64,000 nucleotides of DNA from a virus (lineage: Duplodnaviria > Caudoviricetes), in the IMG/VR virus record IMGVR_UViG_3300021959_007005; one strand, given 5' to 3'. This document shows positions 29,555 through 39,292 of the stretch, one piece after another. A program made the translations under genes and the position numbers. Every line of letters starts with the position of its first letter. Position 1 is the first letter of the stretch. Below the pieces are notes generated by a model, which was given only the letters and a program-made list of their open reading frames with translations, searched no databases and was not told where the DNA came from.

Positions 29555-31240
29555 ATGGCAGGTTGGAAAAAGCATTTTCAAGTATACCAAGGTCAAGACC
29601 AAAGTGTACATAAAACAAGCGGCTCAAGCCGTTTTCAAAGCTGGCTACCTGAAGTATATAGTGGTCAACCAAATCGTGTAGAGCGATATATTCAATATGA
29701 TCAAATGGATATGGATAGTGAAATTAATGCTGCACTTGACATTATTGCGGAGTTTAGTACGCAAAAAGATGAACAAACTGAATTACCATTTTCTGTTAAC
29801 TATAAAGAACAAGCAACTGAGAGTGAAGTAAAAGTACTTGAGCAAGCATTACATCAATGGTGTAACTTAAACAACTGGGATCAGCGTATATTCAGAATGT
29901 TCCGCAATGCTGTTAAGTATGGTGATCAATTTTTTATTAGAGATCCAGAAACATGGGTGCTGTATTATGTAAATCCAGTTGATGTTACTAAGGCAGTTGT
30001 TAACGAAGCTAAAGGTAAAAAACCTGAGCAGTATGTTATGAAAAATTTAGATCTTAACATGCAGACTAAAACAGTTAGTGAGCCAGTTCAACATTCACAA
30101 ACTTATGGAACATCTAATAGTTTACAACGTGGACAGGCTGTTGATAAAAGTGCATATGGTGCACAAGGTGGTCAATATGGCGGTAGTTTAGGAAATACAC
30201 AAGAGTATACAGTAGACGCTAATCATGTTGTACATATGGGTATGACAGAGGGCATGGATAATAGTTGGCCTTTTGGTAGCAGTATACTTGATCCTATCTT
30301 TAAAACATACAAGCAAAAAGAATTGCTTGAAGATTCAATTATTATATACAGAGTACAACGTGCTCCAGAACGTAGAGTATTTTATGTTGATGTAGGCAAT
30401 ATGCCAGCTAACAAAGCCATGGGGTTTGTAGAGCGTGTTAAAAATGAAATTCATCAAAAACGCATCCCTAGTAAAACCGGTGGTGGCACAAGTATTATGG
30501 ATAGTAGTTACAATCCACTTAGTATTATGGAAGACTACTTCTTTGCACAAACTGCTGAGGGCAGAGGTAGTAAAGTTGAAGTGTTGCCTGGTGGTGATAA
30601 CTTAGGGCAGATTGACGATCTGCGTTATTTTACAAACAAGATGCTAAGAGCATTACGTGTGCCTAGTAGTTACTTACCAACTGGTCCAGACGATGGAACA
30701 GCTAGCTATGTAGATGGTAGAGTAGGTACAGCATTTATTCAAGAGTATAGATTCAATCAATACTGTCAGAGATTGCAAAATATTATAGCCCCTACCATGG
30801 ACAAAGAGTTTAAATTGTTTATGAAAAACAAAGGAATTACTATTGATAGTAGTTTGTTTGATTTAAAATTTGTTGAGCCACAGAGCTTTAGTCAATACAA
30901 AGAAATTGAAATACATGCTGCAAGAGCTAGCGTATTCAGTGGACTTGAAGGTGTTTCATATTTAAGTAGACGATTTATGCTAGAAAAATATCTAGGACTA
31001 ACTGAAGACGAGATACTTAAAAATGAACGTATGTGGGAAGAAGAAAATCAATCAGGAACTGTTCCTAATGGAGATTCTAACCCAGGATTAGGTAATTTAG
31101 GAATAAGACCAGAACAAATGGATACTGGTATGGAATCAGATATAGACATTGACGATATACCAGATGATGGGAACGAAGGCGAAAGCCCAATTAGTGGAGC
31201 AGAAGCCCAGCCTATAGGAGATGATGATAATGCGCAGTAA
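29555..31240 (+). CDS. gp20: Portal vertex protein
   Basis: QMDMDSEINAALDII, RAPERRVFYVDVGNMP and EDYFF...GRGSKVEVLPGGDNLGQIDDLRYF..K..RALRVP. Confidence 0.95.
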   Translation: MAGWKKHFQVYQGQDQSVHKTSGSSRFQSWLPEVYSGQPNRVERYIQYDQMDMDSEINAALDIIAEFSTQKDEQTELPFSVNYKEQATESEVKVLEQALHQWCNLNNWDQRIFRMFRNAVKYGDQFFIRDPETWVLYYVNPVDVTKAVVNEAKGKKPEQYVMKNLDLNMQTKTVSEPVQHSQTYGTSNSLQRGQAVDKSAYGAQGGQYGGSLGNTQEYTVDANHVVHMGMTEGMDNSWPFGSSILDPIFKTYKQKELLEDSIIIYRVQRAPERRVFYVDVGNMPANKAMGFVERVKNEIHQKRIPSKTGGGTSIMDSSYNPLSIMEDYFFAQTAEGRGSKVEVLPGGDNLGQIDDLRYFTNKMLRALRVPSSYLPTGPDDGTASYVDGRVGTAFIQEYRFNQYCQRLQNIIAPTMDKEFKLFMKNKGITIDSSLFDLKFVEPQSFSQYKEIEIHAARASVFSGLEGVSYLSRRFMLEKYLGLTEDEILKNERMWEEENQSGTVPNGDSNPGLGNLGIRPEQMDTGMESDIDIDDIPDDGNEGESPISGAEAQPIGDDDNAQ

Positions 31241-31442
31241 TGAAATATTAAATGAATACTATGATGCAGAAGATGACAATCTATCAAACAGAAAAGAGGA
31301 CGATAGTCGCAAAGTGCGACTAACACTTAAACATTTAAATCGTCTAAGAAAACAACGAGAAGTGCATAATATCGAGCATGCCAACCGCACTAAACGTGTA
31401 AAAAATATATATGCTCGCCCATCTGATAGTGGCCCAATGTAG
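31230..31442 (+). CDS. Small basic prohead core protein (gp68-like position)
   Basis: RLTLKHLNRLRK motif; lies between the portal and core genes; ATG 31230 has the best spacing to the GGAG RBS. Confidence 0.6.
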   Translation: MRSNEILNEYYDAEDDNLSNRKEDDSRKVRLTLKHLNRLRKQREVHNIEHANRTKRVKNIYARPSDSGPM

Positions 31443-31480
31443 CTTTAAACATTAATTTTTTATTTATAATCGGTAAAATG

Positions 31481-31517
31481 CTCATAAAACACCCATTTTT
31501 GGGTGTTTTTGTATGAG
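31481..31517. terminator. Hairpin AAAACACCCA-tttt-TGGGTGTTTT (bidirectional terminator-like)
   Basis: Perfect 10-bp stem, extended by CTCATA/TATGAG. Confidence 0.6.
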
Positions 31518-31531
31518 TAAAACGTCTTGGT

Positions 31532-31539
31532 AATAAATA
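31532..31539 (+). promoter_or_regulatory. Late promoter AATAAATA for the core/gp21/gp22/gp23 operon
   Basis: Motif match followed by RBS AAGGAG. Confidence 0.55.
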
Positions 31540-31578
31540 ATACTTGTAAACCAAAGAACTTATCAAAGGAGAGTTATA

Positions 31579-32370
31579 ATGAGCGAACACAAGGAATCAT
31601 TAGTTAAGGTCCTTGAGTATCTAGTCAACGATGAGCAGGATAAAGCTGCTGATCTTCTTCATAATGTATTTGTAGAGAAAGCCAAAAATCATTGGGCAGC
31701 ACTTACAGAGAGCGATGAAGTAGTTGAAGACGAAATTCAAGACGAAGATGACCTCGACGAAGCAATTGATGTTTCAGACGAAGAAGAAGATTTCCTCAGC
31801 GATATTGAATCAGCTGAACAGGAAATTGACGCAGAAGAAACTATGGAAGATGACATGGACGATGAAGATGCAGAAATGGATCTAGCGTTAGACATGGAAC
31901 CATCAGATGACGATGCAGAAGATGAAGCAGAAGCAGACGATGCTGAAGCAGACGCAGAAGAAGCCATGGACAACGTAGAAGATGCAATTGCAGAACTACG
32001 TGCAGCATTTGCTGATATGATGGGTGACGATGACGAAGCTGAAGATGCACCAGAAATGGAAGAAGAAGCAATGGCTTTTGAAGAAGCATCAGACGAAGAA
32101 GTTGACGGTCTTGAAGAAGGCGCAACAATGTCAGCAGTTAGTGTATCACACAGTGATTCATCTGAAAAAGGCAGTCCAGTAGCAAGCGGTGCAGGTAATG
32201 CACATGCTTCACCACACCCAACAGATACATCAGAAGGCCCTAAAGCTAGTGCCCCTGCTGTAAAAGATATGGGCGTAGATGGTCCGCAAGAAGCAGGTAG
32301 TCTAAGCGCAGCACCAGCAGCTAAACGTGAAGACAACAAAAGCGACAGTCCAATTAGAGGAATGAAGTAA
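31579..32370 (+). CDS. Highly acidic prohead core protein (gp67-like)
   Basis: Asp/Glu-rich low-complexity middle; position upstream of gp21. Confidence 0.6.
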   Translation: MSEHKESLVKVLEYLVNDEQDKAADLLHNVFVEKAKNHWAALTESDEVVEDEIQDEDDLDEAIDVSDEEEDFLSDIESAEQEIDAEETMEDDMDDEDAEMDLALDMEPSDDDAEDEAEADDAEADAEEAMDNVEDAIAELRAAFADMMGDDDEAEDAPEMEEEAMAFEEASDEEVDGLEEGATMSAVSVSHSDSSEKGSPVASGAGNAHASPHPTDTSEGPKASAPAVKDMGVDGPQEAGSLSAAPAAKREDNKSDSPIRGMK

Positions 32371-32371
32371 T

Positions 32372-33013
32372 ATGAGTATTTCGCTAAAAGAACACTTATC
32401 ACATAATCAAGCAAACCTTGTCACTGAAGCCGTCGATGACGGTAAAGGTGGTAAAAGCCTGTATATGAAGGGTATCTTTATTGAAGGCGATGTACGCAAC
32501 CAGAACAACCGTATCTACACAAAAGAAGAAATTCATAGTGCTGTTAAAGCAATTAATGAAAAAATTAAAAGTGGATACAGTGTATTAGGCGAAGCTGATC
32601 ACCCAGATGACCTCAATATCAATTTAGATCGTGTATCACACATGATCACTGAGATGGATACTGATGGTGCAAACGGTATCGGCAAGCTGAAACTGCTACC
32701 TACTCCAATGGGAAATATTTGTAAAACCCTTATGGAAAGCGGAGTAAAATTAGGCGTGTCTAGTAGAGGCAGCGGCAATGTTAATGACAGTGGTATAGTC
32801 AAAGATTTTGAGATTATTACTGTTGATATCGTTGCGAATCCAAGTGCACCAAGTGCTTACCCTGATCCAATTTATGAAAGAATTATGAATCATAAACGGG
32901 GGAATGTACTAATGGATGTTGCATCTGCGGTAAAACACGACGACGGCGCACAACGTTATCTCCAGGACGAGGTGACTAACTTAATTAAAAACCTGAAGTA
33001 TAGGAGAGATTAA
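32372..33013 (+). CDS. gp21: Prohead protease
   Basis: GIFIEGDVRNQNNRIY, GEADHP, RVSHMI, GVSSRGSG and DIVANPSAP.AYP. Confidence 0.95.
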   Translation: MSISLKEHLSHNQANLVTEAVDDGKGGKSLYMKGIFIEGDVRNQNNRIYTKEEIHSAVKAINEKIKSGYSVLGEADHPDDLNINLDRVSHMITEMDTDGANGIGKLKLLPTPMGNICKTLMESGVKLGVSSRGSGNVNDSGIVKDFEIITVDIVANPSAPSAYPDPIYERIMNHKRGNVLMDVASAVKHDDGAQRYLQDEVTNLIKNLKYRRD

Positions 33014-33015
33014 AT

Positions 33016-34116
33016 ATGGCTCATGCAATGGATGAACTATTAAACTCTGAAGCACTTTCAGAAAATGTCAAATCTTCAATATCAGAAGCTTGGGAAACCC
33101 AAATTAATGAAGCTCGTGAGAATATCACAGCTGAGTTAAGAGAAGAATTTGCACAGCGTTACGATGCTGATAAAGCGCAAATTGTTGAAGCTATGGATAG
33201 TATGATTAGTGATGTTATTGCAAAAGAACTCGAAGAGTTTCAAGCAGATCACAATAAACTAGCTGAAGATCGTGTAGCCTATCGCAAACACATGAAGGAG
33301 CATGCAAATGTTCTTGATTCGTTTGTAATGGATACACTTCGCAAAGAAATTAAAGATCTTCGCGAAGACAGAGTTGTGCAAGAAGCAAATATGTCTAAAT
33401 TAGAAGGATTTGTTTTAGAGCAACTTACGAAAGAACTTAATGAGTTTCATGATGACAAACGCTCACTAGTTGAAGCGAAGGTCAGAATGATTAAAGAAGG
33501 TAAAGAAGTTATTAATCAAACAAAACAAAGATTTATTAACGAATCTGCTACAAAAGTAAATGCAATTCTTGAGAAAACTCTTAAGAATGAACTTACTACA
33601 CTAAAAGAAGATATTCAATCAGCTAAAGAAAATAACTTTGGCCGTAAGATTTTCGAAACGTTTGCAGCAGAATTCATGAGTAGCCACTTGTCAGAAGGCA
33701 CAGAGGTCGCTAAATTGAATAATATTGTTAATGAATTGAATTCGCAGATTGATGAATCTAAGAAAACTCTTGCTGCTAAAGAGGTACAGCTAGCAGAATC
33801 AGCACGTAATTCACGTATTGTTTCTGATAAAGCAAATCGTAAGCTCGTAATGAGCGAAATGATGGCCCCATTAAACAAACAGCAAAGAGAAATAATGAAT
33901 GCGTTACTTGAAAGTACACAAACTACGAAACTACAAGAATCATTCAACAAGTATCTACCATCAGTATTAAAAGATGATGCTAAAGTAGAAACTAAAGTAA
34001 AGAAGGTAATAAGTGAATCAAATACAAATGAAATCACTGGAGACAAGCAACCTGTTGCAGAAGCAACCGCCGGTGCGGAAATAATCAACCTTCGTAAATT
34101 AGCCGGTATTAGTTAA
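33016..34116 (+). CDS. gp22: Prohead core scaffolding protein
   Basis: Coiled-coil protein between gp21 and gp23; GRKIFETFAAEF; C-terminal LRKLAGI. Confidence 0.85.
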   Translation: MAHAMDELLNSEALSENVKSSISEAWETQINEARENITAELREEFAQRYDADKAQIVEAMDSMISDVIAKELEEFQADHNKLAEDRVAYRKHMKEHANVLDSFVMDTLRKEIKDLREDRVVQEANMSKLEGFVLEQLTKELNEFHDDKRSLVEAKVRMIKEGKEVINQTKQRFINESATKVNAILEKTLKNELTTLKEDIQSAKENNFGRKIFETFAAEFMSSHLSEGTEVAKLNNIVNELNSQIDESKKTLAAKEVQLAESARNSRIVSDKANRKLVMSEMMAPLNKQQREIMNALLESTQTTKLQESFNKYLPSVLKDDAKVETKVKKVISESNTNEITGDKQPVAEATAGAEIINLRKLAGIS

Positions 34117-34126
34117 GGAGACCGAA

Positions 34127-35287
34127 ATGACTATTAATTTAAATGAAAATTGGAACGCAACTAAAGAAGCGTTAACCGATGGTCTTACTGGAACCAAGAA
34201 AAAAGTAATGGAAACAACACTTGAGAACACTAAGAACTACCTCTCAGAGGCAGTTACAGCAGGTGCAACTCAATCAGGTAACATTGCAACACTTAACAAA
34301 GTGATTCTTCCAGTGATTCGTCGTGTTATGCCAACTGTTATTGCTAACGAAATTGTTGGCGTTCAGCCAATGACTGGACCAGTAGGCCAGATTCACACAT
34401 TACGTGTGCGTTATGCAGAAACATTCGACACAGCAACAGCTGGTGACGAAGCATTGAGCCCATTTGCAATTGCAAACGGTTACTCAGGTAATGAAACAAC
34501 TAACCGCGGTGCTGCAACTTCAGCTCTTGAAGGTGAAGCAGGTAAGAAAATGAGTATTCAAGTACTCAAGCAGACTGTTGAAGCTAAAACACGTAAGCTA
34601 TCAGCACGTTGGACTTTTGAATCAGCACAAGACGCACAGTCTATGCATGGTTTAGATGTTGAAGCAGAAATCATGCAAGCACTTGCACAAGAGATTACTG
34701 CTGAAATCGACCAAGAAGTTCTTTCAAGTCTTTCAAGTCTTGCAGGTACTGGTCCAGATACATACAGCCAAGCTGGCGTATCAGGTACAGCAACATTTGT
34801 TGGTGACGAGCATGCAGCTCTTGCAGTTCTTATCAACAAAAATGCAAACACAATTGCAGCACGTACAAGACGTGGCGCAGGTAACTGGGCAGTAGTTAGC
34901 CCAACAGTACTTACAGTACTACAAAGTGCAACTACATCAGCATTTGCTCGCACAACTGAAGGTACTTTTGAAGCACCTACAAACACAAAATTCGTTGGTA
35001 CATTAAACGGTACTATGAGAATTTATGTTAACCAGTATGCTGCTAACGATGATGTATTAGTTGGATACAAGGGTGCAACAGAAACAGACGCCGCGGCGTT
35101 CTATTGCCCATACATCCCACTAATGAGTTCAGGAACAGTGCTTGATCCAGGTACATTTGAGCCAGTAGTTAGCTTCATGACACGTTATGGTTATGTAGAA
35201 CTAAGCAACCAAGCATCATCGCTCGGTAATGCTGCTGACTATCTTGCAAAAATTGCTGTTACAACTAACGATCTTGCATTCTTGTAA
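34127..35287 (+). CDS. gp23: Major capsid protein
   Basis: RRVMPTVIANEIVGVQPMTGP, VEAKTRKLSARWT.E..QD, FYCPYIPL and FMTRYG. Confidence 0.97.
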   Translation: MTINLNENWNATKEALTDGLTGTKKKVMETTLENTKNYLSEAVTAGATQSGNIATLNKVILPVIRRVMPTVIANEIVGVQPMTGPVGQIHTLRVRYAETFDTATAGDEALSPFAIANGYSGNETTNRGAATSALEGEAGKKMSIQVLKQTVEAKTRKLSARWTFESAQDAQSMHGLDVEAEIMQALAQEITAEIDQEVLSSLSSLAGTGPDTYSQAGVSGTATFVGDEHAALAVLINKNANTIAARTRRGAGNWAVVSPTVLTVLQSATTSAFARTTEGTFEAPTNTKFVGTLNGTMRIYVNQYAANDDVLVGYKGATETDAAAFYCPYIPLMSSGTVLDPGTFEPVVSFMTRYGYVELSNQASSLGNAADYLAKIAVTTNDLAFL

Positions 35288-35308
35288 TACAAGTAAATAT
35301 ATAATAAT

Positions 35309-35334
35309 AAAACAGGGCCTACGGGCCCTGTTTT
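35309..35334 (+). terminator. Intrinsic terminator after gp23
   Basis: AAAACAGGGCC-TACG-GGCCCTGTTTT: 11-bp stem with a UNCG tetraloop. Confidence 0.9.
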
Positions 35335-35350
35335 CATGAGTACTGTTTTA

Positions 35351-35358
35351 TATAAATA
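35351..35358 (+). promoter_or_regulatory. Late promoter TATAAATA
   Basis: Exact T4 late consensus followed by RBS CAGGAG. Confidence 0.75.
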
Positions 35359-35378
35359 TGTATAACAGGAGATGATAT

Positions 35379-36647
35379 ATGTCAACAAAATTTAAACAAG
35401 GTATAGAGGTTACTGGACAAGTTACTGCAACCTCTTTTAGTGGAGACGGTAGTGCATTAACCGGTGTTAGCGGTGGTGGCTCAACGACTTGGGCAAATAT
35501 TACTGATATTAACAATGCTAATGGTCCATCAATAATCGCACTTGGCGCACTGGCAGGTGAAACTGGTCAGGGAACAAAAGCAGTAGCAATTGGAGAAAAT
35601 GCTGGTAAAACAAGTCAAGGTAATTTTACTGTAGCAGTTGGTGGTGAAGCAGGTCTAACTGGTCAAGGCGCAGGCGGAGTTGGTATTGGTAATGAAGCTG
35701 GTAAAACAACTCAAGGTGTTGAAGCAACAGCAGTTGGTGCTAATTCTGGCAAAACAAGTCAAGGTGAAAACGCAACAGCAATTGGTAGTTATGCAGGTTT
35801 TACAAGTCAAGGTGTAGGTGCAACAGCAGTTGGTGACAGGGCAGGTGCAACAAGTCAAGGCGCAAAAGCAGTAGCAATTGGTTCTTTCGCAGGTGAAGAT
35901 AATCAAAGTGCTAATGCAGTAGCAATTGGTACTGATGCTGGTAAAACAAATCAAGGCAATTTTTCTGTAGCAATTGGTATAAACGCAGGCGAAACAACAC
36001 AAGGTACAGGTGGAGTAGCAATCGGTAGCAATGTAGGATCGTCGACCCAAGGTGAAAGTGCAGTAGCAATTGGCAATAACACAGGCAATCAAAATCAAGG
36101 TATAAAAGCTGTTGCGATTGGGTACCTTGCTGGTAATTCTGCCCAAGGTGATAGTGCAATAGCAATTGGACACGATGCTGGTCAATCAAACCAAGCTGCA
36201 AACTCAATTGTAATAAGTGCAACTGGTGTGGAAACAAACAACACCACGGCAAATAGTTTAGTAATTAAACCAATTAGAAATGCAAGTGGTACAACTACGT
36301 TGATGTACGATGCTACAACAGGCGAAGTAACACATACAGCAACACCAGCACAACAAACTATGATAGGAAGTGTGCAACAAATTAGTGGCCCTGGAGCAAT
36401 TGACGTAACATCATACATTACTGAAATTACAACAACTGGCGCAGATGACTACACACTTGCAGATGGTGTAGCAGGACAAATAAAAATAATTAGTATGATA
36501 GTAGATGGCGGTGACGCAACAATTACTCCAACTACATTTGCTACCGGAACGACAATTACAATGGCTGATGTAAACGATAATATAACATTACTATATGGTA
36601 CAAATGGTTGGTTGAATACTGCAAACCAAGGCTCAATTATAGCATAA
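35379..36647 (+). CDS. Head fibre/adhesin with 13 tandem 16-aa QGxxAVAIGxxAGxTx repeats (YadA-head-like beta-roll)
   Basis: Repeats counted in the translation (about 35560-36190); lies immediately after gp23. Confidence 0.7.
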   Translation: MSTKFKQGIEVTGQVTATSFSGDGSALTGVSGGGSTTWANITDINNANGPSIIALGALAGETGQGTKAVAIGENAGKTSQGNFTVAVGGEAGLTGQGAGGVGIGNEAGKTTQGVEATAVGANSGKTSQGENATAIGSYAGFTSQGVGATAVGDRAGATSQGAKAVAIGSFAGEDNQSANAVAIGTDAGKTNQGNFSVAIGINAGETTQGTGGVAIGSNVGSSTQGESAVAIGNNTGNQNQGIKAVAIGYLAGNSAQGDSAIAIGHDAGQSNQAANSIVISATGVETNNTTANSLVIKPIRNASGTTTLMYDATTGEVTHTATPAQQTMIGSVQQISGPGAIDVTSYITEITTTGADDYTLADGVAGQIKIISMIVDGGDATITPTTFATGTTITMADVNDNITLLYGTNGWLNTANQGSIIA

Positions 36648-36663
36648 TAACTTAGGAAATATC

Positions 36664-38712
36664 ATGAGTGAAAAATATTACACACTAGGAACACATACCA
36701 CTGAGCAATGGGCTGAACTACATGCCGAACTTATTGCAGACGGAAATACATACGCTAGTGTACCAAGTAGAGAAGTTACAGTCGAAGACGAAAAACTACA
36801 TAGTCCGACACGTGGTAGTTACTTGCTTACACTAGAAGAAGCAACCGCATTACAAAGCGATGAACGTGTAAAATTTATTAACGAAAGTCCTGAAAAATAT
36901 CCCGAAACATATATGCCACCTTGGGAAGAATTACATTGTGCAACCAACAATACACTAACTGACAGATGGCCAAATGCATACAACAACTATCAAATGTGGA
37001 CTGTTGGTAGTAGTAGTGTACAAAGTAATTTTAGCAATGCTGAACCTACAATAAATCGTACAACCGCTTTGTATAGAATGCAAACAAAACAAAATCCGTG
37101 GAAAACTGCAACAACAAATGAAAATGTTGCTATTAGCAGTAAAGTACAACAAGTTGGGGCAGGTGAGAATGTTGATATCATTTGTGCTGACAATGCTAGT
37201 TGGATTGGACATACAGAATTTATTAATAATGGTGTTACTAATGCAGTAAATCCAACAGACTATGTAGGCGGCAATGTACTTCCAGGAAATGGTATTTGTG
37301 ATTGCTTAGATTTGGTATTAGACGCTCCTTATTATATTGACCCAGATTGGTTTGATGCTGATCCAACAAATAGACTAATGACACGTTGGGACGGCACAAC
37401 TGTTCCTGTGGAGAGTGTTGCACGTAGTTGGTGGCAGAGTAGTAGTCAACGTAGTGCAAGTTTATCGGCATTTGGTAATATTCCGGTCAGTGACAGCTAT
37501 ACTAGAAATAGAGCCAATGGTAGTAATACAACATTTCCTACTAGTGGCACACATGGTACTCAATGCGCCAGTTTAATATTTGGACGTACACATGGTTGGG
37601 CATACAATGCTAACAAATGGATTTTAAATTTATACGGTACTTACAATCCAGGTAGTATGGAAATTGGATTTGATCTACAAAAAGTATTTCATCAGTATAA
37701 ACCAGTAAACCCAACATTTGGAACAAAAGATCCAACAATGAGTTCAAACAGTTGGGGATATAGAGCTAGTGACAAAGGCGGTAGTCATTATTATTGGAGA
37801 ACAAATCCAGCAGTTGCATATAGTGGAACAGGTAACGAGCCAGGATTTATCAGTTGGTTAGGTGCAACAGGTGATGGCGGACGTTGGAAATCAGAAATGT
37901 ATGACAATAGTATGACACAAGCTGGAGATGAACTTACACAAGCAGGTGTTATATGTGTGATGGCAGCAGGAAATAGTAATCAGCAACAAGTTAATCCAGA
38001 TCATCCCAACTATGATAACCGCATTAGCAACAATAATACTAATACGTTCTATCAAGATACATTTAATGAGTTTGGATTTAACGTAACAGGATCAACAAAC
38101 AGACGCGGTTTTCCGCAACACATTGGTAAAACTGAAATCCAAACTGCACAAGGAAATACCACAGTTAAATTTCCAGCCATTAACATTGGTTGTTTAGATG
38201 ATGATATGACAAATAACTATGATCAAGATAGAAAAGTAAACTATAGTGATATGGGAAGTGCTATTGATTTATTTGCACCAGGGGACGGAACACTCGCCGC
38301 AACAGAAGATGTATATGGATTAGATGTTGCTAGATCAGACGCTAGTTATAGTGGATTAACAGCCATTGCTGCCTGTCGAGACACGAGATTTAGTGGTACT
38401 AGTGCCGCCTGTCCAGTAGCATGTGGATTTTTAGCAATTGCGATGCAGTATAACAGGGGCTGGACATATGAAGATTTGCGTAATTGGATTAAGACAAATG
38501 TACAAGTACAACCCACTACTGATATATATGTAGGCACAGAACCTACAAGCCCTACAGCAAGTTGGAGTAGTGATTATAATGCACTAAGAAGTGCTGATAG
38601 AAGAATACTTTATCAAGCAACTATTCCAGTAAGTACTGCAAACCCTATCACTGACGCTACAATATCAGGAAGTTTTATATTTTCAGGCGGTATTAGCTTG
38701 ACACGAACTTAG
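36664..38712 (+). CDS. Subtilase (S8) serine peptidase with an N-terminal prodomain
   Basis: Catalytic triad motifs VDIICAD, HGTQCAS and FSGTSAACP, plus the oxyanion AAGN. Confidence 0.85.
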   Translation: MSEKYYTLGTHTTEQWAELHAELIADGNTYASVPSREVTVEDEKLHSPTRGSYLLTLEEATALQSDERVKFINESPEKYPETYMPPWEELHCATNNTLTDRWPNAYNNYQMWTVGSSSVQSNFSNAEPTINRTTALYRMQTKQNPWKTATTNENVAISSKVQQVGAGENVDIICADNASWIGHTEFINNGVTNAVNPTDYVGGNVLPGNGICDCLDLVLDAPYYIDPDWFDADPTNRLMTRWDGTTVPVESVARSWWQSSSQRSASLSAFGNIPVSDSYTRNRANGSNTTFPTSGTHGTQCASLIFGRTHGWAYNANKWILNLYGTYNPGSMEIGFDLQKVFHQYKPVNPTFGTKDPTMSSNSWGYRASDKGGSHYYWRTNPAVAYSGTGNEPGFISWLGATGDGGRWKSEMYDNSMTQAGDELTQAGVICVMAAGNSNQQQVNPDHPNYDNRISNNNTNTFYQDTFNEFGFNVTGSTNRRGFPQHIGKTEIQTAQGNTTVKFPAINIGCLDDDMTNNYDQDRKVNYSDMGSAIDLFAPGDGTLAATEDVYGLDVARSDASYSGLTAIAACRDTRFSGTSAACPVACGFLAIAMQYNRGWTYEDLRNWIKTNVQVQPTTDIYVGTEPTSPTASWSSDYNALRSADRRILYQATIPVSTANPITDATISGSFIFSGGISLTRT

Positions 38713-38725
38713 AAAGTGCTATAGT
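38698..38725 (+). promoter_or_regulatory. Sigma70-type promoter TTGACA-N16-TATAGT (extended TGn); predicted leaderless start at the heme oxygenase ATG
   Basis: The -10 ends 5 nt before ATG 38731; no RBS. Confidence 0.65.
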
Positions 38726-38730
38726 TAGAT

Positions 38731-39255
38731 ATGAGCAATCTTAAAGAACTAACCTACGAGCATCATAAAAATGCTGAAAGACAAGATTTTGTTAAAGAAC
38801 TTATGGGCGGAATTAGTAATGAACGCTATTGTGATTTCTTACATAATCAACATCCTCAATATAATGTATTAGAAAATTTTGCAAGATTACATGGATTGAC
38901 TGATGTAATTATTGCACCAAAAATACACAACGATATAACTGAACTTGAAACAGATTTAGAAGATTACATACCAACAATGTATCCTGTTGTCGAGCAATAC
39001 TTGGATCATTTATTAAATATCAAAGATGATCCTAACAAACTTATGGCACACATATATGTAAGACATATGGGCGATCTAAGTGGCGGACAAATGATCTCTA
39101 AACGTACACCCGGATCAGGTACTATGTACCAGTTCGACGAAGATGTTAATGTTATCAAAGACAGAGTGCGTGAAAAATTAGACGACAGTATGGCAGAAGA
39201 AGCTAAAATTTGTTTTGACTTTGCTACCCAGCTCTTTCAAGAAATGTCTGGCTAA
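38731..39255 (+). CDS. hemO: Heme oxygenase (short phage HemO/Ho1 type)
   Basis: LKELTYEHHKNAE proximal His helix; AHIYVRHMGDLSGGQMI distal helix; AKICFDFA. Confidence 0.9.
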   Translation: MSNLKELTYEHHKNAERQDFVKELMGGISNERYCDFLHNQHPQYNVLENFARLHGLTDVIIAPKIHNDITELETDLEDYIPTMYPVVEQYLDHLLNIKDDPNKLMAHIYVRHMGDLSGGQMISKRTPGSGTMYQFDEDVNVIKDRVREKLDDSMAEEAKICFDFATQLFQEMSG

Positions 39256-39260
39256 TACAG

Positions 39261-39267
39261 CTAAATA
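39261..39267 (+). promoter_or_regulatory. Late promoter CTAAATA
   Basis: Motif match upstream of the fibre gene. Confidence 0.5.
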
Positions 39268-39292
39268 CTCGAAACAACAGTGAGAGTGTTAT

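Noticed and set aside
22066-35287. Inteins in gp46, portal or capsid genes
   Set aside because: Lengths are ordinary and I saw no C/S...HN-C/S/T splice junction or LAGLIDADG insert.
35560-36190. 48-nt periodicity as a CRISPR-like array
   Set aside because: It is a coding repeat that varies at synonymous positions, with no constant repeat/unique spacer structure and no cas genes.
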